From Asterionella formosa (lineage: Eukaryota), in assembly GCA_002256025.1 (NCBI GenBank), contig NKIB01012462.1, positions 1-64,000 on the forward strand: a DNA stretch of 64,000 nucleotides. Reading direction: 5' to 3'. Positions 1 to 11,101 of this stretch are shown in pieces. A program made the position numbers and the translations under genes. A model generated the notes under the pieces. It was not told the origin of the DNA and did no database searches. It saw only the letters and a list, made by a program, of their open reading frames with translations. Each line of letters opens with the position of its first letter. Within the stretch, counting starts at the first letter, position 1.

Positions 1-34
1 TTTAAGGCAATGTGAACTGAATTACAGAATTAAT

Positions 35-122
35 TGAAGTATTTCAAATAATTATGTGAAGTATTTCAAATAATTATGTGAAGTATTTCAAATAATTATG
101 TGAAGTATTTCAAATAATTATC
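35..122. repeat. 22-bp tandem repeat, 4 copies (TGAAGTATTTCAAATAATTATG)
   Basis: Read directly; units start at 35, 57, 79 and 101. Confidence 0.95.
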
Positions 123-143
123 TGAAGGTGATCACGTAATAGC

Positions 144-322
144 TATAGTGATGATCAGGAATGCATGCATGATACTCTGATCAAATAATGAACGTGATGT
201 ATTCAGATAATATATAGATATATTCAAGTAAGCATTTTGATGTATTCAACTAATTCATGTGATCCATTCAAAATCAACTAGGCTTATTTACGTGATGGTC
301 ACTTCACGTAATACGCGGCTTA
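144..322 (+). repeat. Dispersed repeat, probable DNA-transposon end; inverted copy at 49144-49322
   Basis: TATAGTGATGATCAGGAATGCATGCATGATA...CACGTAATACGCGGCTTA matches the reverse complement of 49144-49322 along its length. Confidence 0.85.
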
Positions 323-349
323 GATGCACACTAGTGAAGTAGCTACCGG

Positions 350-1235
350 TAGTACCTTGTGGTAGTACATCCAATTTCCAGACAGCTGGAAGATAAGCCC
401 ACCCAACAGGAGCATTTTTGGGCATTGCAACAACAAACTTCAAAATAGTCAGAAATTCAAAACTATAAGCAAGTTTCTTCTTTTTATCATCATCAATGAG
501 TAGGCAAACATTTTTGTAAGTGGATACAAGTGCAAAGAATGCCAACTGATTTCTTCAGGCCGAAGGACAAAATGACTTCATCAACAAGTTGCCGTAATTG
601 TGCTGAAACTAAAACTTGAGCTATCTTTATCGCATATTTAATTGTTTATATAAGCAAAATGACCGGAACTTGCAGGATACTCCATTTCTGTTGGGCGAGC
701 AACCCAGACTTCATCTCAATTCTAAAACCTAGTTGTGAAAGGAAATAGCTAAACGCATCCTTGCTGGATGATTCTCTTTGACTTCCAAAAAAGGGACAGA
801 AGACTTGATCAGCCATTGTAGAAAAGCATCATCTACAATATATTGTCCTGGCTGAAGATTGGCTGTGTTCTTTCAAATGCCTTCTGATCTGGACATTTTC
901 CTGGTGCCACAACACCAAATTATAGGAACAATAGTTACTGTCATCACAAACAGCCAGAACATTAATCCATACAAAATATAATAACCAGACCAATATGCTT
1001 GAGGGAACCCATCATCATAATACATTTCTCTTGGTTTGGTGATAGGCAGTAAGTAACCAGCATCTGTTACACCAATGCATCAATGAAATAGTAGTTGATA
1101 ACTTTTTAAATTAAAATATTTTCATCACTGCTTGTTTCTCTTTGTTTGTTGTGGGGAATTTAATTAATAGTGATGGGCAAGAGTTCACTGGATCAATGAA
1201 CATTTGAGAGATTGTATAAACAGATGACAGTCTAT
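350..1235 (-). mobile_element. Decayed PIF/Harbinger-type (DDE_Tnp_4) transposase, interrupted by a MITE
   Basis: Minus-strand fragments across frameshifts: FIDPVNSCPSLLIKFPTT, AYWSGYY..INVLAVCDD, GVVAPGKCPDQKAFERT, PGQYIVDDAF, GSQRESSSKDAFSYFLSQLGFRIEMKSGLLAQQKWSIL. Confidence 0.75.
585..672. mobile_element. 88-bp palindromic MITE-like element
   Basis: Ends CAAGTTGCCGTAATTGTGCT / AGCAAAATGACCGGAACTTG; homologous to 9166-9302, 9317-9404 and 60419-60438. Confidence 0.75.
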
Positions 1236-1414
1236 GTATAGACTGACTTATATTTTCCTACATTTCCTACATTTGTCTCTGACTGACCTACCAAAAAACC
1301 ATGGGAGACCATTTTAAGACATGACAGTTCTAAGATCAGGGGAATGTATGGTAGCAAATCCTATGGCTCATTCAGTTCACCATTGTGATCCAGTTGGAAA
1401 GTAATTTGCTAAGG

Positions 1415-2146
1415 CTATTTCCCGATAATCCACTCACACACCACTTGAGGTTCACTACCCATTGGTCTGCCCTTGGAAGAAACACCGAACACTCTGCCAT
1501 GTTTGTTAACAAAGTGGAATAGTGCGTCCTCTGCATCCAATGGGAGTAATTGAACATTGTCGCCAGGACGCAAGAAGTTGACCCATTCTGATCGCTTCCC
1601 GTCATTGGAGTTGCACTCGATCGGTCCGCCGTTTGACTCCCAGCAGAGAATACCATCGTTTGTACACATCACACCGGGAGCATCCATGGAAGCACCTGAC
1701 CCAGCCGATCTCGCCCAATAATAAGATCCGACATGATGATTGTTGAGGCCCAGAACAAGCTTTGCAAGCGGCAATGAGGTTGCTATCAATGATGAGTATT
1801 GTGATGGCTCCAAGTCGAGCTTGGCCAGAGTCGTCTCTTTTCGGGGAACAAGTACACTTGTATGGAGATAGCAAATTGCATCTTTAGAATCAGAAGTAAA
1901 TATATCAACAGGATCTTTGTTCAAGGCGAAATCATGTGGACATCCATCATGGTTGGATGGCACGAGAAGCAGGCTTCGCGCTGGTAGCAATAGGGGAGGT
2001 ATAGATGAAAGTATCGATCCACTCCGTGCATTGACTCGTCGCTGCAAACTGTCCATGTCTAACACAAAGGATGGCGTTGGCAAATCATTCAAGAGCAATG
2101 CATCTGATTCAATCAACAGAGTCAACACAAAAGCGAAAAAAATCAT
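1415..2146 (-). CDS. Signal-peptide protein resembling the N-strand and C-terminal beta domain of D-serine dehydratase/D-threonine aldolase-like (fold III PLP) proteins
   Basis: 243-aa ORF with hydrophobic N-terminus; motifs DLPTPSFVLD, LRPGDNVQLLP and VVCEW; no recognisable PLP barrel. Confidence 0.6.
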   Translation of the reverse strand: MIFFAFVLTLLIESDALLLNDLPTPSFVLDMDSLQRRVNARSGSILSSIPPLLLPARSLLLVPSNHDGCPHDFALNKDPVDIFTSDSKDAICYLHTSVLVPRKETTLAKLDLEPSQYSSLIATSLPLAKLVLGLNNHHVGSYYWARSAGSGASMDAPGVMCTNDGILCWESNGGPIECNSNDGKRSEWVNFLRPGDNVQLLPLDAEDALFHFVNKHGRVFGVSSKGRPMGSEPQVVCEWIIGK

Positions 2147-3009
2147 TGATTTGTTGCTGCTACTAGCAAGCAGGAATAACTTCCACAGTCACTCAATCTG
2201 ACTGTGGAGAAGGAGGTGAATACCTCTCCAGCTCAACACAGATACGGTGTGCGTTGGCACTCTACGCCGTGCATTTCTGAAAGTGATTCATTGATGGATG
2301 CGAACCGTAATTTGTATCGGGTTCTAGACATTTGCACCATGACGATGATCGAACATGCTGGCAGTGCGAGAGATGCGTTGTTCAATATACGAGTGTCACA
2401 AATTGTCGTACACCGGGATATTGTACCTGGTACCTTGTTGTCATTATGCATTTTATGTGGTACAGCCATACTGGCTGTAGCAAGTACCAGATAGCTATTT
2501 ATTAATATTATGTTGAGGCGATCTTGTGTGCCACCACGTCACATTTAGGATCCTATTTATATTCCTAAGTAACACGAGATCTTGTTGCTGACGAACATTC
2601 TATGCCGTTCCTCATCTCATGCAAATACCAACGTACCCGGTACATAGTGCCAGGTATTGACACATTTGTACTTCATGTATATATATATAAATCTAGTCTA
2701 CATGATACTGAAGTCAATCTGGCTTGATTTATGTACCGAGGTATTTGGTATTCCTTACACATGTGCCAGTATGATATCGGAGAAGTACCGGGGTACCAGG
2801 AATACAGGTAACAATACATGATATATTTTACTCACGCGTTGTGGGTCGTTGTCAAAAATCGGCTGTGTCGCTCCCGCTTCGGCTGAGCATTGTTGTCCAT
2901 ACATAGCTGGCAACTCGAATCATGTCGCCTCACACTTTTAGTATTCGATATAAAGTTCACAATCTCAGCACAATATATCAAACAGGCAAATAAGCAACCA
3001 TAACTTACA

Positions 3010-4143
3010 ATGCAAATCCAAAGCGCCGCCCTTACATTTATCTGCCTCGCTACCGGCGCTCAATCGTTTTTGGCCCCTTCGGCAAGCCGAACTGTCACTA
3101 CCAAAAAGGTCTTTGGCAGAAGCTTTCAACCCGTACATTATGTTAACACACAGCTCTTTGCCGGGGACGACAGCGTTAGCAGTGAAGTCGAACGTCTCAA
3201 GTCCATGGCCGCCAAGCTCCGTGCTGAAGCATCATTGCTAGAAGCTCAACAGAAAGAGGAACGGGCAAATGAGACAGAGCGAGCCTTTCGTAAGTTTGAC
3301 ACAAACAAAGACGGACAAGTATCCTTTGAAGAACTGAAGCAGGGACTTGAGAAGTACTTGAAGACCGAATTGAAAGAGGATCGTGTCAAGAAACTGATGG
3401 AGGAATTCGATGCCTCCGGGGACGGATCACTTCAGCTTGATGAATTTGTTAACGTGGAGCAGTTCCGCAATCGATTGGAAGCTATTGTTCGTGATGAAAA
3501 GGCGGTGGCCCTCGAAGCTCAAGTAACTGCCAAAAAAGCTGCTGAAGCAGCGGCTTTTGCCGTAGCCAAGATGGAACTGATAAACGAGAAGGAACCGACT
3601 CTATCGGAAAAGGCCCTCGCTACACTACCATATTTGTTGCCCTTACTTGATGGCCTTCAGTTTGGACGTTTTCTCCTTGAGGGCCAAGACAATCCAGCAA
3701 TTGCTGTGTTAGCCGGCCTTTACATTCTATACAGAAGCATTCCTTTCTCTGGATTTATCGCCTTTTTTGCGCTCAATATTCTTTCCAACCAATTGGGTAT
3801 CAACCGTTTGATTCGATTCAACATGCAGCAAGCCATTTACCTGGACATTGCCTTGTTCATTCCTGGACTCCTTGCAAGTGTCGGTTCTCTTGTATTGGGT
3901 GGCCTTGGAGTGACTCTACCTACTCTCTTTTCGCAAATCGGAAGTGATGCAATCTTTGTCACACTGCTAGCGGCTATTGGATACTGTGTGGTCAGCTCGC
4001 TTTCAGGAATTGTTCCTGACAAGATCCCCTGGATATCAGACCAAGTCAACTCTCGTATTCCCACACTTGATATGTTTGATGATAAAGGCCGTTTCATTCC
4101 AACGAATCCAAAAGATAAAGAAGACAAGGAACGAAAAGATTAA
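3010..4143 (+). CDS. TIC20: Plastid Tic20-family translocon protein with two N-terminal EF-hands
   Basis: Signal peptide + AQS-FLAP; EF loops DTNKDGQVSFEE and DASGDGSLQLDE; Tic20 motifs PYLLPLLDGLQFG and RLIRFNMQQAIYLDI. Confidence 0.9.
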   Translation: MQIQSAALTFICLATGAQSFLAPSASRTVTTKKVFGRSFQPVHYVNTQLFAGDDSVSSEVERLKSMAAKLRAEASLLEAQQKEERANETERAFRKFDTNKDGQVSFEELKQGLEKYLKTELKEDRVKKLMEEFDASGDGSLQLDEFVNVEQFRNRLEAIVRDEKAVALEAQVTAKKAAEAAAFAVAKMELINEKEPTLSEKALATLPYLLPLLDGLQFGRFLLEGQDNPAIAVLAGLYILYRSIPFSGFIAFFALNILSNQLGINRLIRFNMQQAIYLDIALFIPGLLASVGSLVLGGLGVTLPTLFSQIGSDAIFVTLLAAIGYCVVSSLSGIVPDKIPWISDQVNSRIPTLDMFDDKGRFIPTNPKDKEDKERKD

Positions 4144-5303
4144 AGAATTGCTGGGATATTTGGGTTGAGCATCATTAGGAGTCTGAATAGGCTCGAGTGT
4201 TATTGTAAACTGATCTAGAATGCTTATTTTACATATTATGCCCTTGTAGCCTCCTCTTATACTAAAACTGCAATATCCCTCCAATTTTTGCCATTAGCTC
4301 TCGAATTTTCACGAAAGGAGTGCTTTCACTTGTTTTCCTGAATTATATTCCATGATTGACACACACAGTTTCTGTTTTTTTAAGTCTTTTCCAGTATTTG
4401 TGCTGAGATGGCCAGTCACATGGTGATATTCATGGTAGACCATCTGGTGACCTGTGAGGGTGCTGGAAGGTCCAGTACAAAATTCACATTTATGCGCCCT
4501 ACTCAACTTTAACTCCTTCCAGATGACTTGTGCCATGCCTGCATACCAAGCAAGATAGGCTAGCTTTCGATTTCGAGCTTGCTTAAATTATTTATGAAGC
4601 CATTATGTTATGGACAGATAATGATTTGCTGATTGATCATGCCACATCATTTCCAGTTGCTTAGATCAGACCAGACTGGACTGGATTTGCTGAACTACTG
4701 AACAGGTTTCAGAAAACTGGCTGGCTGCCTGAATTGGAAATAGAAATAGAAATGGAATTACTGAACTGCTAAAATGGGGCTACATATTGCTCAGAAAATC
4801 AACTAAGAATCCAATTTAAGAGTGGTTCAATGATACTCCTAATTAAAGGTGCACATCCATATTGGAAATGAACCCATTCAAGCCTGTCTACAACTTGCAT
4901 GCTTGTAAATAGGTTGAAATCAATTGAAATACTGGTAGTCAAATTTACTAAACCTTTCTGGTTTAACAGTTGTAAAATGAAGTTTTATTTGTTGTTTGTA
5001 ATTAATTTAATACCGCCGGTATAAAAGGGCATGCCGGTAAATTATCTGTATATCTGTATCATTCATTATCTACTTGCATACCGGTCGTACACGAAACACG
5101 TGAGACCCGGAGATTCTACTCACACAATCATGTGCTCGTCAAGCGACTATTAAAATAGCTATTTTAGCTACCGGTAATAGCAACGCCACTGTATGCCGTG
5201 GCGACCACATCGTCGGACCTTGTAAGAATGAATCATCGAGTTGGCTGATGAACACGAGACAACAAGCAAGAAAGTATCGCGAACAACTTACTCGTCATCG
5301 ACC

Positions 5304-6222
5304 ATGGTGTCAGCAAGAGCAGCTGTGATTCTCGCGTTGGCGGTTCGCGGCTCTGTAAATTCGTTTTCCGTTTCGACCTGTGCTCGTGTGGGTGCTGGTA
5401 GAACAACAACGTCCAGGCTGAAATCAATCGAATCCGTCCTTGCTTCCAAACGCGACGATGGAGACGTTCCAGAATACTTACCAACCTCGTTTGGTATGGA
5501 TGCTGTTCCCGAGGGACAGCGTCCGGTGAATGAATTTACGGATTTGATGCGAGCGCCACTCTTTGGTTGGGCCTCGGAAGAAAGGGGAACAAATGGGTTG
5601 CTCTTTCGCCTCGTTGCAACATATGTCGTCACTTTCGCCGCCGTCTGCTACCCCATTTCTGGTGCCACGTTTACCCAAGAAGGATTCGAGTTGCAAAAGC
5701 TTGCGGCTAGTAACGTTGGGGCGCTGATGTTGATCATGTTGTTGTTGCTCCGTTTGTACTCTGGTTGGGGTTACGTTGGATCCAGATTGAATAGTAAGGT
5801 GGTTGAATACGAAGAGACTGGTTGGTACGATGGAGCTTCCGAAGAAAAGTCTGACATTGTCAGACAAAGAGATCAATTTCTTTATCAGAGCAGTGTCAAG
5901 CCCGTCATAGATAGACTGAAACTTGTCTCCCTCGTCACTAGTGGCCTCTTCGTCGCGGCATGCTTTGGGTTCAATGCGTCAATGAGCATTAGACCCATTT
6001 TCAACGAATACGATCCGAGAATTTTGGAGCGAGTCCGATACGATGGTACGTTTTGAGCTCCGATGTTGTTGCCTTGTGTATGAAATTTCTCAAAGCGCGA
6101 ACGACTGTCCCGCTGTAGACAAACTTTCAGATATTGCTGCCAAAGAAAGTAATGGACGACCAACGTATTGTGATTCCCGATATTATCGCGCTATTGCTGG
6201 GGGAGGACAAGGATGTGATTGA
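5304..6222 (+). CDS. CGLD27: CGLD27/Ycf36-like (DUF1230) plastid protein; exons 5304-6045 and 6119-6222
   Basis: VPEGQRPVNE, RLYSGWGYVGSRL, YEETGWYDG; the GT..AG intron 6046-6118 restores the C-terminus GRPTYCDSRYYRAIAGG. Confidence 0.9.
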
Positions 6223-6593
6223 CACATTTGCAACTGAAGCCAACGATAATCGTGGGCATTCATATCTCATTCCTTTCTATTATTCATAGCGTACTATTGC
6301 CATGTGCAAAATGGGACATCCACTACAAACACATAGTTAGGAATTGCTCCAGGGTAAGATGAATCCTGGCACATGGCAATCACTTATACTAGGATATATA
6401 CACAAAACATTGATTGCGGGCAATGGCATAGCTTCTTCATTGATAACCAATGCCTCATCGTTCATTCTTGAGTTTTCGCGTGAAATATTTTTCTCGTTGA
6501 ATTTTTTGATGCTTCTCATCGAGGTCGGCCTCGATTCATCGAATAACATACACATTTCGTTCTAGGTGTTTGAAGATAAGATCATCAGATGGA

Positions 6594-8270
6594 TCACTTA
6601 GGGATTTCCACTTGGCTATTGTGTGCAATCAATTTCTCTTGTCGACGACGACACTCCCACTCGTGTACACTGTCAACGGTAAAACGCATTGCCAACTGAC
6701 TGGCATCCTTAGCGATCGGATCTTCAAAGAAATAGTCGGCAAGCAATGCTTCTTCAGTAGACCAGCGATTATCGGGATTCAAAATCATAAGGTTGTCGAT
6801 TAAATCAATCGCATTCTCAGTCATCCATTTTGGGTTGTACAGGTTGGACTTGAGCGTTTCTCGAACCCGGCGTTGCAGACGAGGCTCGTTCTCCTTGGGT
6901 TCAAAGTTCTTCCAAAGTCGGCATGTCTTGCTGATGTTCGGCCACTCTTCCTCAGTGGGATGACCACAAGTGCGGAAAATCAAATCAAGCTGAGACGCTT
7001 CAGTTTGCCCTCGAAGAAACCCAGAGCGACGGAACATTTCAGCAATGATACAACCAACCGACCACATGTCGATTTTGGGCGTGTATTCCGTCGCTCCGAG
7101 TAAAAGTTCAGGAGGCCGGTACCAAAGTGTGATGACTCTATTCGTTAAACGCTTCATCTCACTATTCCAGCTTCTTGCAAGACCCCAATCAGCAATCTTG
7201 AGCTCTCCCATTCGATTAACCAAAAGATTTGATGCTTTTAGATCTCGGTGGATTACCTTATTTTTGTGCATGTAATGGCAGCCACTCAAGAGCTGCTTAG
7301 ACCATGACTTGACATGATCCTGGGTAAGACGGATCTCAGGAGTTTCGAGAATACCAGTGAGGTCATATTCAAGGTATTCAAACACCATGAAGACATTCTT
7401 GGGAATATCACCACCTTGTTCTATGTCGTGTGGATAGGCCAAGCACAAACACATACGAGGAAAGTGAAAAATTAGCAAAGTAGTCTCGTGGGGTAACGAC
7501 ATCAACAGAGCAAAAACCCGAGCTACCGTAACTTGAAATTGAAAGATTTTGGCATTATTTATACGGAAACGCACATGCAATTAAGCGTTCTGTGATAGGC
7601 ATGCCAAAATAGTTTCGGCGATTTGAACAGCACTTGCCTCGATGAAAAAAGCGAAGACACGTGTGAAACTGTAACGCCATCACGACGAGCGAAAGCAAAC
7701 GAGACGAAATAGACACGCACCCTTGGATGTGACGATCCCCTTCAATTGTACAATGTTGTCATGGCTGAGCGCCTTCAAAATTTTGACCTCCCGGATGGCT
7801 GTGATTGGAAATCCATTTTCCTCTTGTTCAGTGTTGATTCGTTTCAACGCAACAACTTCACCGGTATCTTTATCAGCTCCCACGAAAACGGAACTACAAG
7901 GCGATTGGAAAAGTTAGTCAACAGTTCTTCACTACGTGACGAAAGCTGCTAACAAAACGTACCCGTAAGTTCCTTGTCCTACTTGATGTTTCTTTTGAAA
8001 ACAAGTAACATCACGGAGCTCCACGGGGGCCCTGATTCTAGGTCTCTGAGTAGGCCTGCACAAATCTGCAAAACAACCTTCCGCAGGTCGTTTTGGAGGA
8101 GGGGCCGTTGGAGCAGCAGGTGGCGTCAGCTTTGGAGCCGGTGGCCTAGGAGCTGCAGGTGGTGGACGATGAGGGGGGGGAGGCGGTCTGGCACCAGGAG
8201 GTCCCTTCGGGGGTGGAGGGCGTGGCCCTACTGGAGGTGCAGGCCTGGTCATGGTGCTTGCGGCCGCCAT
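6594..8270 (-). CDS. CDKC: Cyclin-dependent kinase C (CDK9/12-like CTD kinase); exons 8270-7963, 7893-7721, 7420-6594
   Basis: GQGTYG, PITAIRE, HRDLKASN, ADWGLAR, VITLWYRPPELLLG; both GT-AG introns keep the frame; Pro-rich N-terminus. Confidence 0.93.
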
Positions 8271-9165
8271 TCCGTCCTTCTCTCGTATCTCGCTTGCAAT
8301 CGTGATTGTTGAAGTTAAAATGATTACGGAATGAGCCTTTCAAAACACTCTATGAAAAGTCGAAGAAAACCAATGGCACTTGCTTGTCCCTAGTTGCGGT
8401 GATCCTCTTCGTGAAATTGTCGGCAAAACTCCAAAAGGAGTGAACGACTGTCAAAAGCCTCTTATTTGTTGTTTGTTCCTATGGATCCGTGAGTAGGCAA
8501 ATAAAGAACGAGCTTGTCAGTCATTGCTGCATGAAATAAGAAGGTCGACGACGACGGCGGCAAACATTGACCAACAGTATCAGACTCGCATGACGGTCAT
8601 TCGCACGACATCACAACCACGCACGATTCACCAAGGCAGTCCGTCAGTCGTACGTTCGACGGTGAAGACGATCGAAGCAAGCGCCGACGCAGAGAGGCAG
8701 CGCCATGAGCCTGTAAACAACTGAACGGATAACCAACCAATCATCGCGTCGCTCCTTTGCGTTTTGGACTCACGTAATGATCTTAAATGGTTCAAGGAAT
8801 ATTCAACAAGCTTTGGATAGCTGAAGGAAGGAAAGGTTTGATGGAAGAGTCGATGACGACTAGGAAGGGATCGTCGTCGTGAAGAGGACCACAGGGACAA
8901 GTGAGCGAAGCGCGGCGTAACATTATGAACGAAGCGATCAAATGCTGACGTCATCAATCGCAGGTTTCCCTGCCGAGTGTACCTGGTACCTGGTAACTGG
9001 TACAGGTATGTCACTGTGTGGACTTCGATTCTAGGAGTACCTAGTATCAGGTACTCCAGCTACCTGGTAGCTTACCTGATACTGCCTGTTACGTGGTAAG
9101 GTACCTGGTACGGAGAGAAGATACCGGTACTGCGGTAAACGACGGTAATTACAATTAAGACCAAG

Positions 9166-9404
9166 CAAGTTGCGGTAATTTTGCTGAAACTAAAGATTTA
9201 GCTTTCTTTATCCCAGATTAAATGTTAGTTTAAGCAAAATGACCAAACGATCTGGGATAAAGATAGCTAAATCTTTAGCTTCAGCAAAATTACCGCAACT
9301 TGATGGTATGCCTGTGCAAGTTGCGGTAACTTTGCTTGAACTAACAATTTAATATCGGATAAAGATAGCTAAACTTTTCAGTTTCAGCAAAATTACCGCA
9401 ACTT
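9166..9404. mobile_element. Cluster of palindromic MITE copies: 9166-9302 foldback with ~53-bp arms; 9317-9404 monomer
   Basis: CAAGTTGCGGTAATTTTGCTGAAACTAAAGATTTAGC... is inverted at 9250-9302; the second copy is the reverse of 585-672. Confidence 0.85.
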
Positions 9405-9612
9405 ATGATGTTCTTATTTACTACGGTACCTACCGGGTACTCTACCTCGTAGGATTAAATCTCGAGTACCTTTTTACGACCTGTATTACGGTAGGTTTTG
9501 AAGGTGCAATAAGAGGTATCATCACAATAGGTATTACAACATGAGGCAGTACAGTCGTCGTCATTCATTCCCCTTCGTCGTGCTTTGATGAAACTAAGCA
9601 CAAAAGTCAAAG

Positions 9613-10195
9613 ATGAAAATGACGAAACCGACTCAAGAAGACCTTTCCTTCACCATCCTTTGGTCGCCGCTGCCGCCAATCACATGGATTATTCCCTTCA
9701 TCGGTCACACAGGAATTGCCAACTCGATCGGGGTGTCCTCGGACTTTCAAGGGCCGTATTTCGTAGGTGACCAAGGAAGGATGGCGTTTGGTGATCCCAC
9801 TAGAGTTCTCAAGGTTGATTTAACTGGCATACCAGGTAGGAACGGTACTGGAATAATTTAGTTCAAGCTGCTGTTTCAATTGCTAAATCGCCGTTCAACT
9901 TAACTTCATGTAAGGCGGCGCCGAGCGGTGGGACGAAGCGATTGAAGAGGCAAACAATATCTATCGAGGTCGTATGCACAACATTTGTTGCGATAATTGC
10001 CATTCGCACGTTGCTTGTGCTTTGAATAGAATGCCTGTCGAGGCCTATGGAATTAGAAAATGGGACATGATCAAGATTTGTTTCTTGGTTTTCTTTAGAG
10101 CAAAGTTCGTGAGTTGGTGGGCTATCTTTGCCCAATTCGCGCCGTTTTTAATAATGTGTACGATTATCGCATTGTCAACGTCCTTGGCAAAGTAG
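9613..10195 (+). CDS. TMEM222: TMEM222/RTE1-like (DUF778) protein; exons 9613-9835 and 9915-10195
   Basis: WSPLPPITWIIPFIGHTGI, DFQGPY, MAFGDP, HNICCDNCHSHVACALN; intron 9836-9914 joins the two ORFs in frame. Confidence 0.92.
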
Positions 10196-11101
10196 GGATT
10201 TGAATCGATGATCAAAGGATTCCACAAGAGGAAGATTGCTTTTCTTAAATTTCTGTACAAAATTCTCCTTATTTCAGGTTGTATTAAAATGTCAAAATCG
10301 CCTCGAACATGACCGTGACCCCTTCAACAAGATGCCTCGTCGTCCTTGTCTGGCCTGAGGATTCAATGCATGCAACAAGAAGGAATAATATCATAACTTC
10401 TACCTGGTTGTGTTTGTTGTAAATTTTTTACTTTATTTCATGGTACATCTAGTTTCAAGATATCAACAGGTTCAAATGCTTTCCTTGTTATCACGATTCA
10501 GTCGGTCACTTCAAGATTCTGAGAAATAAGAAGGGGAGGTTCACTGTTCCCACACGCATCTCCTTCATCCTACATATGTATAGTTTTGTGTTTGTTTTCT
10601 TAGCAGCTGTGTGGGCGAACATCATTTGTTCCAGGGCCTACGTATATGTTGAGCCACGTCTGATCACACTTGCCTGCATGAATGTTACCTATACTCTGGA
10701 AGTACCAGTTTGGACTTTGGCGTGAAAGAACTCATTGCTACTAGTATAAGCAATCATACCCGGTTGACTACCGCATAGACGGCATTTTTGGTTTGGTAGC
10801 TCATCCCAAGTCTACATGTAACCAGACCATTACATTGCCTGCCTATTTATTAGTCTGAGCATCTATTGAGAAATGAGAAATAATAGTCTACGAAGAGCCT
10901 TACTCGCTAGGAGACTACCGGTACCTGGTACCGGTGGTATCATGATACATAGTATGATATGCCGGTCCCTACCGGGACTGGTACACAAGCCGCAATCATG
11001 AAATGAATCATCATGCCTCACAATGGTTGAGACTATGACTGTGCGGTGAATCTAATCTACTTGCATCATTGTTATTGAGTTGTGAAAAGCTCAATCTTGC
11101 G

